Positions 1-10,012 of a stretch of DNA of 64,000 nt are shown in pieces; the first letter of the stretch is position 1, and every line of letters starts with the position of its first letter. This DNA is from Candidatus Velthaea sp. (lineage in GTDB: Bacteria > Vulcanimicrobiota > Vulcanimicrobiia > Vulcanimicrobiales > Vulcanimicrobiaceae), in assembly GCA_965214935.1 (NCBI GenBank), contig CBDCCS010000011.1:1-64000 (forward strand), read 5' to 3'. A program made the position numbers and the translations under genes. Under the pieces are notes generated by a model. It was not told where the DNA came from and did not search any database. It worked only from the letters and a program-made list of their open reading frames with translations.

Positions 1-2508
1 GCCGTCCAACCGGCCGACGCCGCGGCGGTGCTGCCGGAGCTGGCGAGCCTGCTGCTGGGCCGGTTGCGGCAGATGGCCGAGCTGCCGGCGGCGCGCGACT
101 TGGCGACGCTGGCGGCGCGCATGGGGCAGGCGGGGTGGCCGTGGGCGCGCGCGGTGCTGGCGGCGCTCGACCGGCCGGCGGCGACTGCGGGCATGGGACC
201 ATACAAGGTGTGGCAAAGGCTGCCCGAGTGGGAGGAGCAACCGCCGCCACCACCGCCCGCCGCCACCGGAGTGTCGGGAGCCGAGGCGCGGACCCGGCTC
301 GCGGCCTTGCTGGGTCCGGGGGCGGAGCAGAGGCCTGGTCAGGCCGACTACGCCGCCGCCGTGGCCGTGGCGTTCGACCCGCGCGAGACGCGGGGAGAGC
401 CGACCGTCGTGCTGGCCGAGGCTGGGACCGGAACCGGCAAGACGCTGGCCTACGTCGCCCCGGCGAGCCTTTGGGCGGAGCGCAACCGGGGCACCGTCTG
501 GGTGTCGACCTACACCCGCCACCTGCAACGCCAGATCGACGCCGAACTGGTGCGGCTGGTGCCCAACGCGGCGGAGCGGCGCAAACGCGTCGTGGTCCGC
601 AAGGGGCGCGAAAACTACCTCTGCCTGTTGAACTACGAGGACGCGGTCAACGTCGCCGCGTCCGGCGGCGCGCACGCCGCGATCGTGCCGCTTGGGCTGG
701 TCGCGCGCTGGGCTACCGCGACGGTGGACGGCGACGTGTCCGGCGGCGACCTGCCCGGCTGGTTCGCCGAGCTGTTCGGCTCGGGCGTCGCCAGCGGCCT
801 CGCGGACCGGCGCGGCGAGTGCATCCACTCCGCCTGCCCGCACTGGCGGCGCTGCTTCGTCGAACACACCGTCCGCCGCGCCCGCGAGGCCGAGTTGGTA
901 GTCGCCAACCACGCCCTGGTGATGAGCCAGGCCGGCCACGCCTTCAGCGACGGTGACGGGATCGACGGCATGAAAGCCCCGACCCGCTACGTGTTTGACG
1001 AGGGACACCACCTGTTCGACGCCGCCGACAGCGCGTTCTCCGCCGAGTTGTCGGGGGTGGAAACGGCCGAGTTGCGCCGGTGGCTGCTGGGGGCCGAGGG
1101 GGCGCGGTCGCGGGCGCGCGGCATCCGCCGCCGGGTCGAGGATCTGGTGGCGGGCCGCCCGGAACTCGAAGCGCCGTTGGCGGCGCTGTTGCAGGCCGCC
1201 CGCGCGCTGCCGGGTCCGGGCTGGGCGATGCGGCTGCCCGAGGACGCGCCGGAGGTCGGCGGCCTGGAACCGGGCCGCGAAAACCCGACCGAGGCGGTGC
1301 TGCGGGCGTTGCGCCGCCAAGTCCTGGCCCGGCTGCCCGGCGACACACCCCCGGGTCCGGGGTCGTACGAGGCCGACTTGCGTCCGGTCGGCCCCGACCT
1401 GCCCGAGGCCGCCGCCGCGCTCGCGCGGGCGCTGGCGCGGCTTGAGCAACCGGTTCGCACGCTGGCCGACCGGCTGGTGCAACGGCTGGAGGACGAGGCG
1501 GAGGAGATGGACGCCGACCTCCGCGACCGCATCGCGGCGGTGGCCCGCAGCCTGCGCCGCCGCGCGCTCGACAGCGTGGTGGCGTGGCAGGCGATGCTGA
1601 ACGAGGTGGCCGCTCCCGCTCCTGAGCCGGGCGTGCGTCCGGCCCATGTGCAGTTCCTGCGACTCGACCGGCGGGAGGCGGGCGACCGCGACGTGGCTCT
1701 GCTGCGGCACTGGCTCGACCCGACCATCCCGTTCGTCGCCAGCCTCGCCCGCCCGGCGCACGGGGTGCTGGTCACCTCGGCCACCTTGCGAGACCCGGGC
1801 GAGGCACCCGAGGCGGCCTGGGCGGGGGCCGAGGCGCGGGTTGGGGCCACGCATCTGGCGACTCCGGCCATCCGGGTCGCGGTGGCCAGCCCGTTCGACT
1901 ACCCGGCCCAGACCAAGTGTTACGTCGCCACCGACGTCGCACCGTACGACATCGGCGCGTTGGCGGGTGCCTACCGGGCGTTGTTCCTGGCGTCCGGCGG
2001 CGGGGCGCTCGGCCTATTCACCGCCATCGCCCGGCTGCGCGCCGTCCACGCGCGCATCGCCGGCCCGCTGGAGGCGGAGGGCATCGCGCTGCTGGCCCAG
2101 CACGTCGACGCGATGGACAACGCGACGCTGGTGGACGTGTTTCGCACCGAGACCGAAAGCTGCCTGCTCGGCACCGACGCCATGCGCGACGGCGTCGACG
2201 TGCCCGGCCGGGCGTTGCGCCTCGTCGTGTTCGAGCGAGTGCCGTGGCCCCGCCCCGACATCCTGCACCGCGAGCGCCGCGTCCACCTGTCCGGCGGCGA
2301 TCCCAAGGCGTACGACGACCGCGTCGTGCGTCACCGGCTTCGGCAGGCGTTCGGCAGATTGATCCGCGCGGCCGGCGACCGGGGCGCGTTCGTGCTTCTG
2401 GACCGGCAGACGCCAAACCGGCTGCTCAGCGCGTTTCCGCCAGGGGTCGAGGTGGTCCGCGCCGGGCTGGCCGACATCGTCGCCGACGTGCGGGAGTTCC
2501 TACGCTGA
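1..2508 (+). CDS. ATP-dependent DNA helicase, DinG/YoaA family (5'-partial; frame open from window start)
   Basis: Q-motif RPGQ, Walker A EAGTGTGKT, motif II DEGH, Fe-S cysteines (NYLC...GECIHSACPHWRRC), C-terminal QAFGRLIR. Confidence 0.92.
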   Translation, partial: AVQPADAAAVLPELASLLLGRLRQMAELPAARDLATLAARMGQAGWPWARAVLAALDRPAATAGMGPYKVWQRLPEWEEQPPPPPPAATGVSGAEARTRLAALLGPGAEQRPGQADYAAAVAVAFDPRETRGEPTVVLAEAGTGTGKTLAYVAPASLWAERNRGTVWVSTYTRHLQRQIDAELVRLVPNAAERRKRVVVRKGRENYLCLLNYEDAVNVAASGGAHAAIVPLGLVARWATATVDGDVSGGDLPGWFAELFGSGVASGLADRRGECIHSACPHWRRCFVEHTVRRAREAELVVANHALVMSQAGHAFSDGDGIDGMKAPTRYVFDEGHHLFDAADSAFSAELSGVETAELRRWLLGAEGARSRARGIRRRVEDLVAGRPELEAPLAALLQAARALPGPGWAMRLPEDAPEVGGLEPGRENPTEAVLRALRRQVLARLPGDTPPGPGSYEADLRPVGPDLPEAAAALARALARLEQPVRTLADRLVQRLEDEAEEMDADLRDRIAAVARSLRRRALDSVVAWQAMLNEVAAPAPEPGVRPAHVQFLRLDRREAGDRDVALLRHWLDPTIPFVASLARPAHGVLVTSATLRDPGEAPEAAWAGAEARVGATHLATPAIRVAVASPFDYPAQTKCYVATDVAPYDIGALAGAYRALFLASGGGALGLFTAIARLRAVHARIAGPLEAEGIALLAQHVDAMDNATLVDVFRTETESCLLGTDAMRDGVDVPGRALRLVVFERVPWPRPDILHRERRVHLSGGDPKAYDDRVVRHRLRQAFGRLIRAAGDRGAFVLLDRQTPNRLLSAFPPGVEVVRAGLADIVADVREFLR

Positions 2509-3682
2509 CGGGTACGGCCGCTCCAACGCCACCGCGTCGCGTTGCAGCTCCATCCCGAACCCGGGCGCGTCGGACACCCGCACGACGCCGTCCGCCGGCA
2601 CCGTCTCGCCGGTGAACAGCGCGCCGAACACCGAGGCGACCGGCGTCGCCCGCCGGGCTGGTGTTGACGTATTCGCCGAACGGGATGTGCGGCTGGCTGG
2701 TGACGAAGTGGTAGCTGTACGGCCCGCTGCCATGCGGCACCACCGGGATGTCGTACGCGGCGGCCATGGCGCTGACGCGCAGCGCCTCGGTTAGGCCGCC
2801 CATCCACATCACGTCCGGCTGCAGGACGTCCACCGCGCGGCTCTCGATGAGGGCGCGGAAGCCGTAGCGGGTGTACTCGTGCTCGCCGGTGGTCCACCGC
2901 ATCCACGGCGCGCGCGATTTTAGCACCCGGTGGCCGTCGACGTCGTCGGGGGACAGCGCCTCCTCGATCCAGTAGACGCCGAGCGGGCGCAGCGCCTCGG
3001 CCAGGTCGAGCGCGTATTGGAGCGTGAGCGACATGTAGCAGTCGACCATCAACGGGAAGTCGACGCCGACCTTTTCGCGGTGGGCGGCGATGAACGCGAC
3101 GTTGCGGCGCAGTCCGGCCGGCCCCGCCTCCGGCCCCTCGGGCAACGGCACCTTGCCACCCCAGAACCCCTGGTCGCGGTAGATGTCGGGGCGGGGGCCG
3201 GTGCAGTACAGCGTCAGCGCGTCGCGCGTGGCACCGCCGATTAGGCGGTAGACGGGCTCGCCGCGCAGCCGCCCGAGCAAGTCCCACAACGCGAGGTCGA
3301 CCACGCTCAACGCCGCGACCGGCAGCCCCTTGCGCCCGTACGGCAGGCTGGCGCGATACATTTGGTCCCACATGCGGTTGATGTCGCGCGGGTCCGAGCC
3401 GACGAGGAAGCGGCGGAAGTGGCGCTCAATCAGGAAGCACGCGGGCGGACCGCCGAGGCCGGTGGCGACGCCCACGGTGCCGTCGTCGCACTCCACCTCG
3501 ACCACCACGCCGCCGAGCACGGCGATGCCCCAACTGGTGCGCGACGCCTTGTATTCGGGGTAGCCGGACATCGGGTTCGAGATCAGCGTGTCGATCAGCC
3601 AGTGCCCGCCGGCGCGGTCGTGGTAGTCGCCGCCGACGCCTTGCCCGGCGATTACCCACGCCCGAACGTCGCCGATCCTCAT
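2500..3682 (-). pseudogene. rhmD: L-rhamnonate dehydratase (enolase superfamily) interrupted by a single extra base at ~2641 (true lesion or sequencing error)
   Basis: GGDYHD...HWLIDTLISNPMSGYPEYKASRTSWG N-terminus, MVDCYMSL, WIEE, TTGEHEYTRYGF, QPDVMW, VVPHGSGPYSYHF. The C-terminus (VASVFGALFTGE...APGFG) continues in another frame, ORF 2500..2733. The ATG at 3682 overlaps the SDR stop (ATGA). Confidence 0.88.
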
Positions 3683-4446
3683 TGCAGGTTCACAAACATG
3701 CCGCCGTCCACCAGCAGCGAAGCCCCGGTGACGTAGCGCGCGCCGTCGGACGCGAGGAACGCGATCACGTCGCCCACGTCCTCCGGCGTGCCAAGCCGCC
3801 CAAGCGGGATGCGGCGGTCGAAATACGCGCGCTTCTCCGGGTCGGCGAGGTCGGCGCGGTTCATGTCGGTCAAGATCGCGCCCGGCAGCACCGAGTTGCA
3901 GCGGATGCCGTGCGGGCCGAGGGCGACCGCCATCGACTGCATCATCGAATGCAGCCCGGCCTTGGTCGGCGTGTAGTGGGTCTGCCCCGCGCCGCCCACC
4001 AACGCGCTGATGGAGCTGGTTGCGACCATCGCACCACCCTCGCCTTGCGCCACCATCCGCTTCGCCGCCGCCTGGGCCACCAGATACGCCCCGGTCAGGT
4101 TGACCTCGACCGTGCGCCGCAGCAGCGCCTCGGGCATGTCGAGCATGTCGTGGAAGGTGCAAATGCCGGCGTTCAGCACCACGACGTCGAGCCGGCCGAA
4201 CCGGGCCACCACCGAGTCCACCAGCCGGGCCGCCGTGCCGGACGCGGCGACGTCGCCCTCGATCGCGATGGCGCCCGCGACAACCCCGAGCGCGTCGGTC
4301 GCGGCGGTGTCGTCGGCGTCGGCGTCGCCGCCCCGGTGGTAGTTTATGGCGACCCTCGCCCCCTCGCGCGCCAGACACTTCGCTGCGGCCAGACCGATCC
4401 CGCGCGAGCCGCCGGTGACGAGCGCCACCTTGCCGGCCAGCGTCAC
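3679..4446 (-). CDS. SDR oxidoreductase, probable L-rhamnose 1-dehydrogenase
   Basis: TGGSRGIG, NAGIC, SSISALVGG, catalytic YTPTK, VDGG. GTG at 4446 overlaps the rhaM stop (GTGA). Lies between the mutarotase and the dehydratase. Confidence 0.85.
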   Translation of the reverse strand: MTLAGKVALVTGGSRGIGLAAAKCLAREGARVAINYHRGGDADADDTAATDALGVVAGAIAIEGDVAASGTAARLVDSVVARFGRLDVVVLNAGICTFHDMLDMPEALLRRTVEVNLTGAYLVAQAAAKRMVAQGEGGAMVATSSISALVGGAGQTHYTPTKAGLHSMMQSMAVALGPHGIRCNSVLPGAILTDMNRADLADPEKRAYFDRRIPLGRLGTPEDVGDVIAFLASDGARYVTGASLLVDGGMFVNLQ

Positions 4447-4757
4447 GCCATGTGCCATTGCAGCGGCAGCAGATACGGAAAGCCGGTTCTGGGATCGACT
4501 TCCACGCGCATGATCGGGGCCATCCACTCGGCCCACCTTCGGTTTACGTCGGACGCCCGAAGTGCCGCGACGGTCGCGGTCAGGTCGTCGCACTCGAAGT
4601 AGCCGAACAGCGTCAGGCCGAGCTTGAAGATCGAATAGTTTCGGAGGCCGGCTTGATGAAGTGCCTCCACCATCTCCGGCCAGATCTCGTCGTGGCGGCG
4701 CTTGTACTCGTCTTCGTAACCCGGCCGGACTTCGAGCACCCAGGCGTGCGCGGTCAT
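4443..4757 (-). CDS. rhaM: L-rhamnose mutarotase
   Basis: 104 aa with the EYKRRHDEIWPEM...NYSIF...WAEWMA pattern of RhaM. Confidence 0.88.
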   Translation of the reverse strand: MTAHAWVLEVRPGYEDEYKRRHDEIWPEMVEALHQAGLRNYSIFKLGLTLFGYFECDDLTATVAALRASDVNRRWAEWMAPIMRVEVDPRTGFPYLLPLQWHMA

Positions 4758-5569
4758 GGGGCGGCCCAGGCGCGAACCAGGTCGCGGGCGGCGACGGTCT
4801 CGGTCAGCACGTCCTCGTATCGCGTGTCCATGTAGTCCTGGTGGACGTACTCCACCGCGACGTGGCCCGCGAAACCTGCGTCGCGCAACGTCGCCAACTG
4901 GTCGTGCATGTTGATCGTGCCCTGGTGCATCGGGGTTTGCAGCGCGCCGGGGCGGGCTTGGCGCAGGTGGACGTGCGCCGCGTGCGGGGCGAGCGCGTCA
5001 ACCTCCTCCTGACGCCAGCCCGCACAAACGAAGTGCGCGTAGTCGAGCGTGAGTTTTAGCCCCGGCACCGCCTCGAGCAACCGCAACGTGGTCGCCGGTG
5101 ATTCCAGGATCGAGTGGACGTGCGGTTCAATCGTCAGCGTCACTCCCGCCGCCGTCGCGATCGGTAGCAACGCCCGCAGCGACGCGGCCGAAACTTCGAT
5201 CGCGGCGTTCCGGCCCACCCCCGCGTCGAGCACGCCGGGCAGCACGAACACGGTGGCGATTTCGGCGGCCTCGCAGAACGCCACCACCCGCGAAAAGTCG
5301 GCCACGTTGCGGTCCAGGTCGGCCGCGCGCGCGAGGTGCCGATCGGCCGGCGTGGCCCCGAACAAGTGGTAGAAGCACGGCACCGGCAATTCTAACGCGC
5401 GCACCCGCGCCGCCGTCGCCTCCGGGTCGGCGAGCAACGCCTGTTTGTCCAGCGCCGGCCCGTAAAAAAAGCCGAGGTCGACGCCGTCAAAGCGCAATAC
5501 CCGCGCGATCGCCACCGCCTCGTCAAGCGTGCAGCCGCGCAGCGACCACGAGGTCAGGGACAGCTTCAA
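4754..5569 (-). CDS. Sugar phosphate isomerase/epimerase (xylose-isomerase-like TIM barrel)
   Basis: Metal-ligand pattern IEPH...LDYAH...HVHLRQ...VEY; overlaps both neighbours by 4 bp. Confidence 0.8.
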   Translation of the reverse strand: MKLSLTSWSLRGCTLDEAVAIARVLRFDGVDLGFFYGPALDKQALLADPEATAARVRALELPVPCFYHLFGATPADRHLARAADLDRNVADFSRVVAFCEAAEIATVFVLPGVLDAGVGRNAAIEVSAASLRALLPIATAAGVTLTIEPHVHSILESPATTLRLLEAVPGLKLTLDYAHFVCAGWRQEEVDALAPHAAHVHLRQARPGALQTPMHQGTINMHDQLATLRDAGFAGHVAVEYVHQDYMDTRYEDVLTETVAARDLVRAWAAP

Positions 5570-6294
5570 CGCCCCAACCCCATCGCCCGCTCGGTCGAGA
5601 CGCGGATGTTTCGCATGTGACGCTCCATCGCTTCGGCCGCCGCCACCGGGTCGCGCGCCTGCATCGCGCGCAGGATTTCGTGGTGGTCGCGGACACTCTG
5701 GTCCAGCACCTCGGGGTCTTCGGAGGCTCGCCTGCGGAACTCCATGCCCAGCACGTTGAGGCTGTGCGCCACCCGCTCAAGGAACGGGTTGGCCGCCGCG
5801 TCGAGCAACGCCTGGTGGAACGCGAGGTCGGACACCCTGAAGCCGATCGGGTCGCCGACCAACCCGCCCTGCGGCCCGGCGATCTCGGCCAGCTTGGCCA
5901 GCTGCGCGTCAGTGATCCGCTCGGCCGCGCGGCGCACGACGCCACCCTCGATCAACGCGCGCGCGTCGTACAGCGCGTCCACGGTGTAGCTGTCCAGGGT
6001 GATGAAGAACTGCAGCGGCGCCAGCAGGTCCACCGCGTTGAGCGGGCTGATGAACACGCCGTCGCCTTGGCGCACCCGCACCACGCCCAGGATCGACAAC
6101 CCGCGCAAGGCCTCGCGCACCACCGGCCGCGACACGCCCAGCATCAACGCGAGGTCACGCTCCGCCGGCAACTGGTCGCCGGCGCGCAGGCTGCCCGACT
6201 GCACCAACGCCAGGATGCGCCGCGCGACCTGCTCGGCCGCGTTCTCGCGCTCGATCGGGCGGAACCGCGCCAGTTCGGCGACCCCGTCAGTCAC
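5566..6294 (-). CDS. GntR-family (FadR subfamily) transcriptional regulator
   Basis: wHTH LPAERDLALMLGVSRPVVREAL and FCD domain (DLAFH...ANPFL...HHEIL...MERHM). Start may be 6294 or 6303. Confidence 0.92.
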   Translation of the reverse strand: MTDGVAELARFRPIERENAAEQVARRILALVQSGSLRAGDQLPAERDLALMLGVSRPVVREALRGLSILGVVRVRQGDGVFISPLNAVDLLAPLQFFITLDSYTVDALYDARALIEGGVVRRAAERITDAQLAKLAEIAGPQGGLVGDPIGFRVSDLAFHQALLDAAANPFLERVAHSLNVLGMEFRRRASEDPEVLDQSVRDHHEILRAMQARDPVAAAEAMERHMRNIRVSTERAMGLGR

Positions 6295-7279
6295 CGAGCG
6301 CACGGGTCCGGATCTGGTCGAGGCTCACCGCCAGCAGCAACACGACGCCGCGCGCCACGTTCTGCCAGAAGCTCGACACGTCCATCAGGGTCAGGCCGTT
6401 GTTCAGCGTGCCCAGGATCAGCACGGCGAGCAGCGTGCCCCACACCGAGCCGCGCCCGCCGAACAGGCTGGTGCCGCCCAGCACGACGGCCGCGATGATG
6501 GTCAGCAAGTCCTGCCCCGCCGCGTCCGGGGCACTCGCCCCCAGCATCGCGGCCAGGATCAGGCCCGAGAACGCGCCGGTAACGCCGGACAGGATGTAGA
6601 GCGTCATCAGCGTGCGCTCGACCGGGACGCCGATCAGCCGGCTCGCCTCCGGGTTGCCACCGGCGGCGTAGACGAAGCGGCCGAACTTGGTGTTCGCCAG
6701 CACCCAGCCGAGGGCGAGATACGCGAGCAGCGCCAGCACCAGCGGCACCGGCACCATCCCGAACAGCCGTCCGCTACCGATCCAGTTGAACCCCGCAACC
6801 ATCAGCGGCCGGGTCAGCCCCCCCGTCAGCACCAACGCTAGGCCGGTGACGACGCTCATCATCCCCAGCGTCACGATCAGCGGGTTCAGCTTCAGCCGCG
6901 TGGTGAATACGCCGTTGACGGCGCCGATCAGCGCGCCGACCAGCAGCGCCACCACCGCGCCGGGCCACACGCCAAAGCCCTGGCCGTGCAAGAACGCCAC
7001 GATCACGCCCGCCATCCCCGCCGTCGCGGCCACCGACAGGTCGAGGCCGCCGGCGATGATCAGCGGGGTCTGTGCCGCCGCCATCAGGCCGATGAACGCC
7101 ATGTTGGAGCCGATCGACATGAAGTTCCGGAACGACAGGAACCACGGCGACATCACGCTGAACGCCAGCAGCACCAGCACGTAGAACGCCAGCAGCATGG
7201 CAACGCCGGCCCAACTCCGCCCGAGCAGGCCACGAACGTTGAATGCGCGAGGTGTCGCGCGTGCGACGGCTTGGCTCAT
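6287..7279 (-). CDS. Sugar ABC transporter permease (RbsC-like)
   Basis: GGLDLSV, GGNPEASRLIG, IAAVVLGGTSLFGGRGS; ATG at 7279 overlaps the ATPase stop. Confidence 0.92.
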   Translation of the reverse strand: MSQAVARATPRAFNVRGLLGRSWAGVAMLLAFYVLVLLAFSVMSPWFLSFRNFMSIGSNMAFIGLMAAAQTPLIIAGGLDLSVAATAGMAGVIVAFLHGQGFGVWPGAVVALLVGALIGAVNGVFTTRLKLNPLIVTLGMMSVVTGLALVLTGGLTRPLMVAGFNWIGSGRLFGMVPVPLVLALLAYLALGWVLANTKFGRFVYAAGGNPEASRLIGVPVERTLMTLYILSGVTGAFSGLILAAMLGASAPDAAGQDLLTIIAAVVLGGTSLFGGRGSVWGTLLAVLILGTLNNGLTLMDVSSFWQNVARGVVLLLAVSLDQIRTRALGD

Positions 7280-8784
7280 GCGGGCATCCCACTGGCGGCG
7301 TCGATCAAGGCGGCGGCGGTGACGCCTGCGCCGAACCGGCTGACGACGCGGCCCCGGTCCAGCACCAGCACGCGGTCGCAGAGGCCGGCGACCTCCTCGG
7401 AGTCCGACGACACCACGATCGTCGCCAGCCCGCGCTCGGACAACCGCCGCAGCGTCGCGTAGATTTCGCGCCGCGCGCCGACGTCGACGCCGCGCGTGGG
7501 CTCCTCCAGCACCAGCAGCCGGATGCCGTCGACCAGCCAGCGCGCGAGGCACACCTTCTGCTGGTTGCCGCCGGAGAGGAACCGGATCGCCTGCTCCGGC
7601 CCCTTCGCGCGAATGCCGAGTTGCTCGATCCAGCGTTGCGCGTGCGCCCGCTCGCCGGGCACGTCCATGCGCGCACGGCTCTGAAAGCGGTCGAGAAACG
7701 GGAGCGTCATGTTCTCGCGCACGCTGAGGTCCGGCACGATGCCCTCGTGTTTGCGTTCGGCGGCGACTAACCCGATCCCGGCCGCCTTCGCGGCCTCCGG
7801 CGTACTCGGCGAGTAGGACTTTCCGTCGAGGTCCACGTCGCCGCCGTCGAGCGGCCCGAGCGCGCCGTATAGCGCGCGACCCACGACCTCGATGCCCGAC
7901 CCGATCAACCCGAAGATGCCAAGCACCTCGCCCGCGCGAACGTCGAACGTGACGCCGTCGAGCCGGCCGCCGAGCGACATGCCCCGCACGTCCAGCACCA
8001 CGGCGCCGGCCTCGCCGCCGACGGGCGGGTAGAGCCCCTCCATCTGCTGCCCGAGCATCGCGAACAGCACCTCCTCGCGCGACGCCTCGGAGGTCACGAA
8101 CCGCCCCGCGTTGCGGCCGTCGCGCAGCACCACGATCGCGTCGGAAATCTCGAACACCTCGTCGAGGTAGTGCGAGATGTAGATCACCCCGACGTTCTGA
8201 GCCCGCAGCTTGGCGATCACGTCGAACAGCAGCCGCGCCTCCGGTTCGGTCAGGGCCGCAGTCGGCTCGTCCATCACCAGCACCCTCGCCTGCCCGGCCA
8301 ACGCGCGCGCGATCTCCACCACGCGGCGCTCGGGGATCGACAGCGCCGACACCAGCAGGTCGGGCGGCAAACTCAATCCAAGCTGGGCCAGCAACGCACC
8401 CGCCTCCGCCGCCATCCGCCGCCGGTCCACCACCGGGATGCCGAGCGGCCCGCGCCGCATCGGCAGGTCGCCCATGAAGATGTTCTCGGCGACGGTGAGG
8501 TTCGGCATCACCGAAACCTCCTGCGGCAGCAAGCGGACCCCGTGCGCGATGGCGTCCTCCGGCCGGTCGAAGCGCACCGCCTCCGACCCCAGCGTGATGG
8601 TGCCGGCGTCGCGCGGGTACGCTCCGCAGAGGATCTTCATCAACGTCGACTTTCCGGCGCCGTTGGCCCCGAGCAGCGCCACCACCTCCCCCGCGCGCAG
8701 CGTCAGGGACACGGCACTCAGCACCGGCACGCCGCCGAAGCTCTTGCCGATGCCGCCCATCTCCAGCAGCGCGGGGGTGTCCAT
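7276..8784 (-). CDS. Sugar ABC transporter ATP-binding protein (two ATPase domains, RbsA-like)
   Basis: GANGAGKST, MDEPT, LSGGNQQKV, EEPTRGVDVGA; ATG at 8784 overlaps the binding-protein stop (TGATG). Confidence 0.93.
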   Translation of the reverse strand: MDTPALLEMGGIGKSFGGVPVLSAVSLTLRAGEVVALLGANGAGKSTLMKILCGAYPRDAGTITLGSEAVRFDRPEDAIAHGVRLLPQEVSVMPNLTVAENIFMGDLPMRRGPLGIPVVDRRRMAAEAGALLAQLGLSLPPDLLVSALSIPERRVVEIARALAGQARVLVMDEPTAALTEPEARLLFDVIAKLRAQNVGVIYISHYLDEVFEISDAIVVLRDGRNAGRFVTSEASREEVLFAMLGQQMEGLYPPVGGEAGAVVLDVRGMSLGGRLDGVTFDVRAGEVLGIFGLIGSGIEVVGRALYGALGPLDGGDVDLDGKSYSPSTPEAAKAAGIGLVAAERKHEGIVPDLSVRENMTLPFLDRFQSRARMDVPGERAHAQRWIEQLGIRAKGPEQAIRFLSGGNQQKVCLARWLVDGIRLLVLEEPTRGVDVGARREIYATLRRLSERGLATIVVSSDSEEVAGLCDRVLVLDRGRVVSRFGAGVTAAALIDAASGMPA

Positions 8785-9962
8785 CAGTGGGTCGGGATGA
8801 GCTGCTTGTAGTCGGCCAGCTCGGGTTGTGTCGCGAGGCTCGCGAGATGCGCCTCGAACGCCGCCTGCGGGAAGGTGTAGGTGAACGTCGCGGCCGGGCC
8901 GCACTTGGCGGTGTCGTAGTATTTGCAGACGTTCTCCTTGGTCACCATCACGTGGTTGACCAGCACCGCCGGCGGCAACGCCTGCTTGGCCAGCGTGGCC
9001 AGGCCGATCGGGATCAGGTAGTTGCCGTAGCGCTCTGGGAAGTATCCGACCGAGGCCACCAGCTTCGGCTCCTTCACCAGCGTCTCGACCTCGTCGGCCC
9101 CGTTGCCGACCACGATCGCGTCGGCCTCGCGCCCGGCCTGCTGGGTGGCGCGCAACATCCCCGTGGCGGCTTGGTCGTTGATCGCGGTCATCATGATCGG
9201 CACGCCGGTCGGGATGCGGCCCAGCACGTCGCTCATTTGCGTGAACGAGTATTGCAGCGTGTTCTTGGTGTCGATCTTGAGCAGGTGGTCGGCGGGGAAG
9301 CCGGGCACGGCGGCCATGAAGCCCGCGACCTGGCCGCCGGTCCGCATCGCCGGGATGGCGCCAGACTGCGGCAGCTCGCCGATCACCACGTAGCCGGTCT
9401 TGACCTTGTCGGCGCCGAACTGGGCGACCGCCGCCTGGCCGAGGTACGAGCCGCCCATGAAACCCGACTTCGGGTTGTTGGCGCCGAAGAACGTGGCCCC
9501 CGGCATCGGGATGTCGATCGCGACCACCTTCACCCCGGCGTCGTCGAACTCCTTCATCACGGTCGGGCCGAACGCCGCGTCGGTTTGGAACTCGATCACG
9601 AAGTCCACGTCGCGGCGGGTGAAGCTTTGCGCGTTGGCGAGCGCGGTCGGGCCGTTCAGGCGATTGTCGGCGATGATCAGGTCGATCCCGGCGGCGTCGG
9701 CGTTGGTCTTGATCGCGCCTTCGACCTTGATGCCGAACGAGATGTCGCGCTGCAGGTTGGCGAACGCGACCACGTATTGCTTGCCGTTGCGCGGCTTGGT
9801 CTTGCCCATGGCGTCGGCGACCATCGCCTTGAGCTGGCCGGCGTCCAGCGCGGCTCCGCTGAAGGTGGCCGGGTCGAAGCCGTGGAAGTCGTCCGCCCGC
9901 GCGGCGTGGGTGCCGACAACGGCGACGGTCGCGAGCAGCCCGGCTAAAAACCCGATCTTCAT
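8784..9962 (-). CDS. Sugar ABC transporter periplasmic binding protein
   Basis: Signal peptide MKIGFLAGLLATVAVVGTHAARA; type-I binding-protein pattern (VVAIDIP...FFGANN...INDQAATG); GGAGG RBS upstream. Confidence 0.88.
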   Translation of the reverse strand: MKIGFLAGLLATVAVVGTHAARADDFHGFDPATFSGAALDAGQLKAMVADAMGKTKPRNGKQYVVAFANLQRDISFGIKVEGAIKTNADAAGIDLIIADNRLNGPTALANAQSFTRRDVDFVIEFQTDAAFGPTVMKEFDDAGVKVVAIDIPMPGATFFGANNPKSGFMGGSYLGQAAVAQFGADKVKTGYVVIGELPQSGAIPAMRTGGQVAGFMAAVPGFPADHLLKIDTKNTLQYSFTQMSDVLGRIPTGVPIMMTAINDQAATGMLRATQQAGREADAIVVGNGADEVETLVKEPKLVASVGYFPERYGNYLIPIGLATLAKQALPPAVLVNHVMVTKENVCKYYDTAKCGPAATFTYTFPQAAFEAHLASLATQPELADYKQLIPTH

Positions 9963-10012
9963 GGCCAATCCCTCCAACGGTGGTGGACAGGTCTGTCGCC
10001 TGCCTCGTTCCG

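Noticed and set aside
2426..4378. 650-aa ORF suggesting a long N-terminally extended dehydratase
   Set aside because: The first part is an off-frame shadow of the SDR gene and the tail is frameshift read-through. The real gene starts at 3682.
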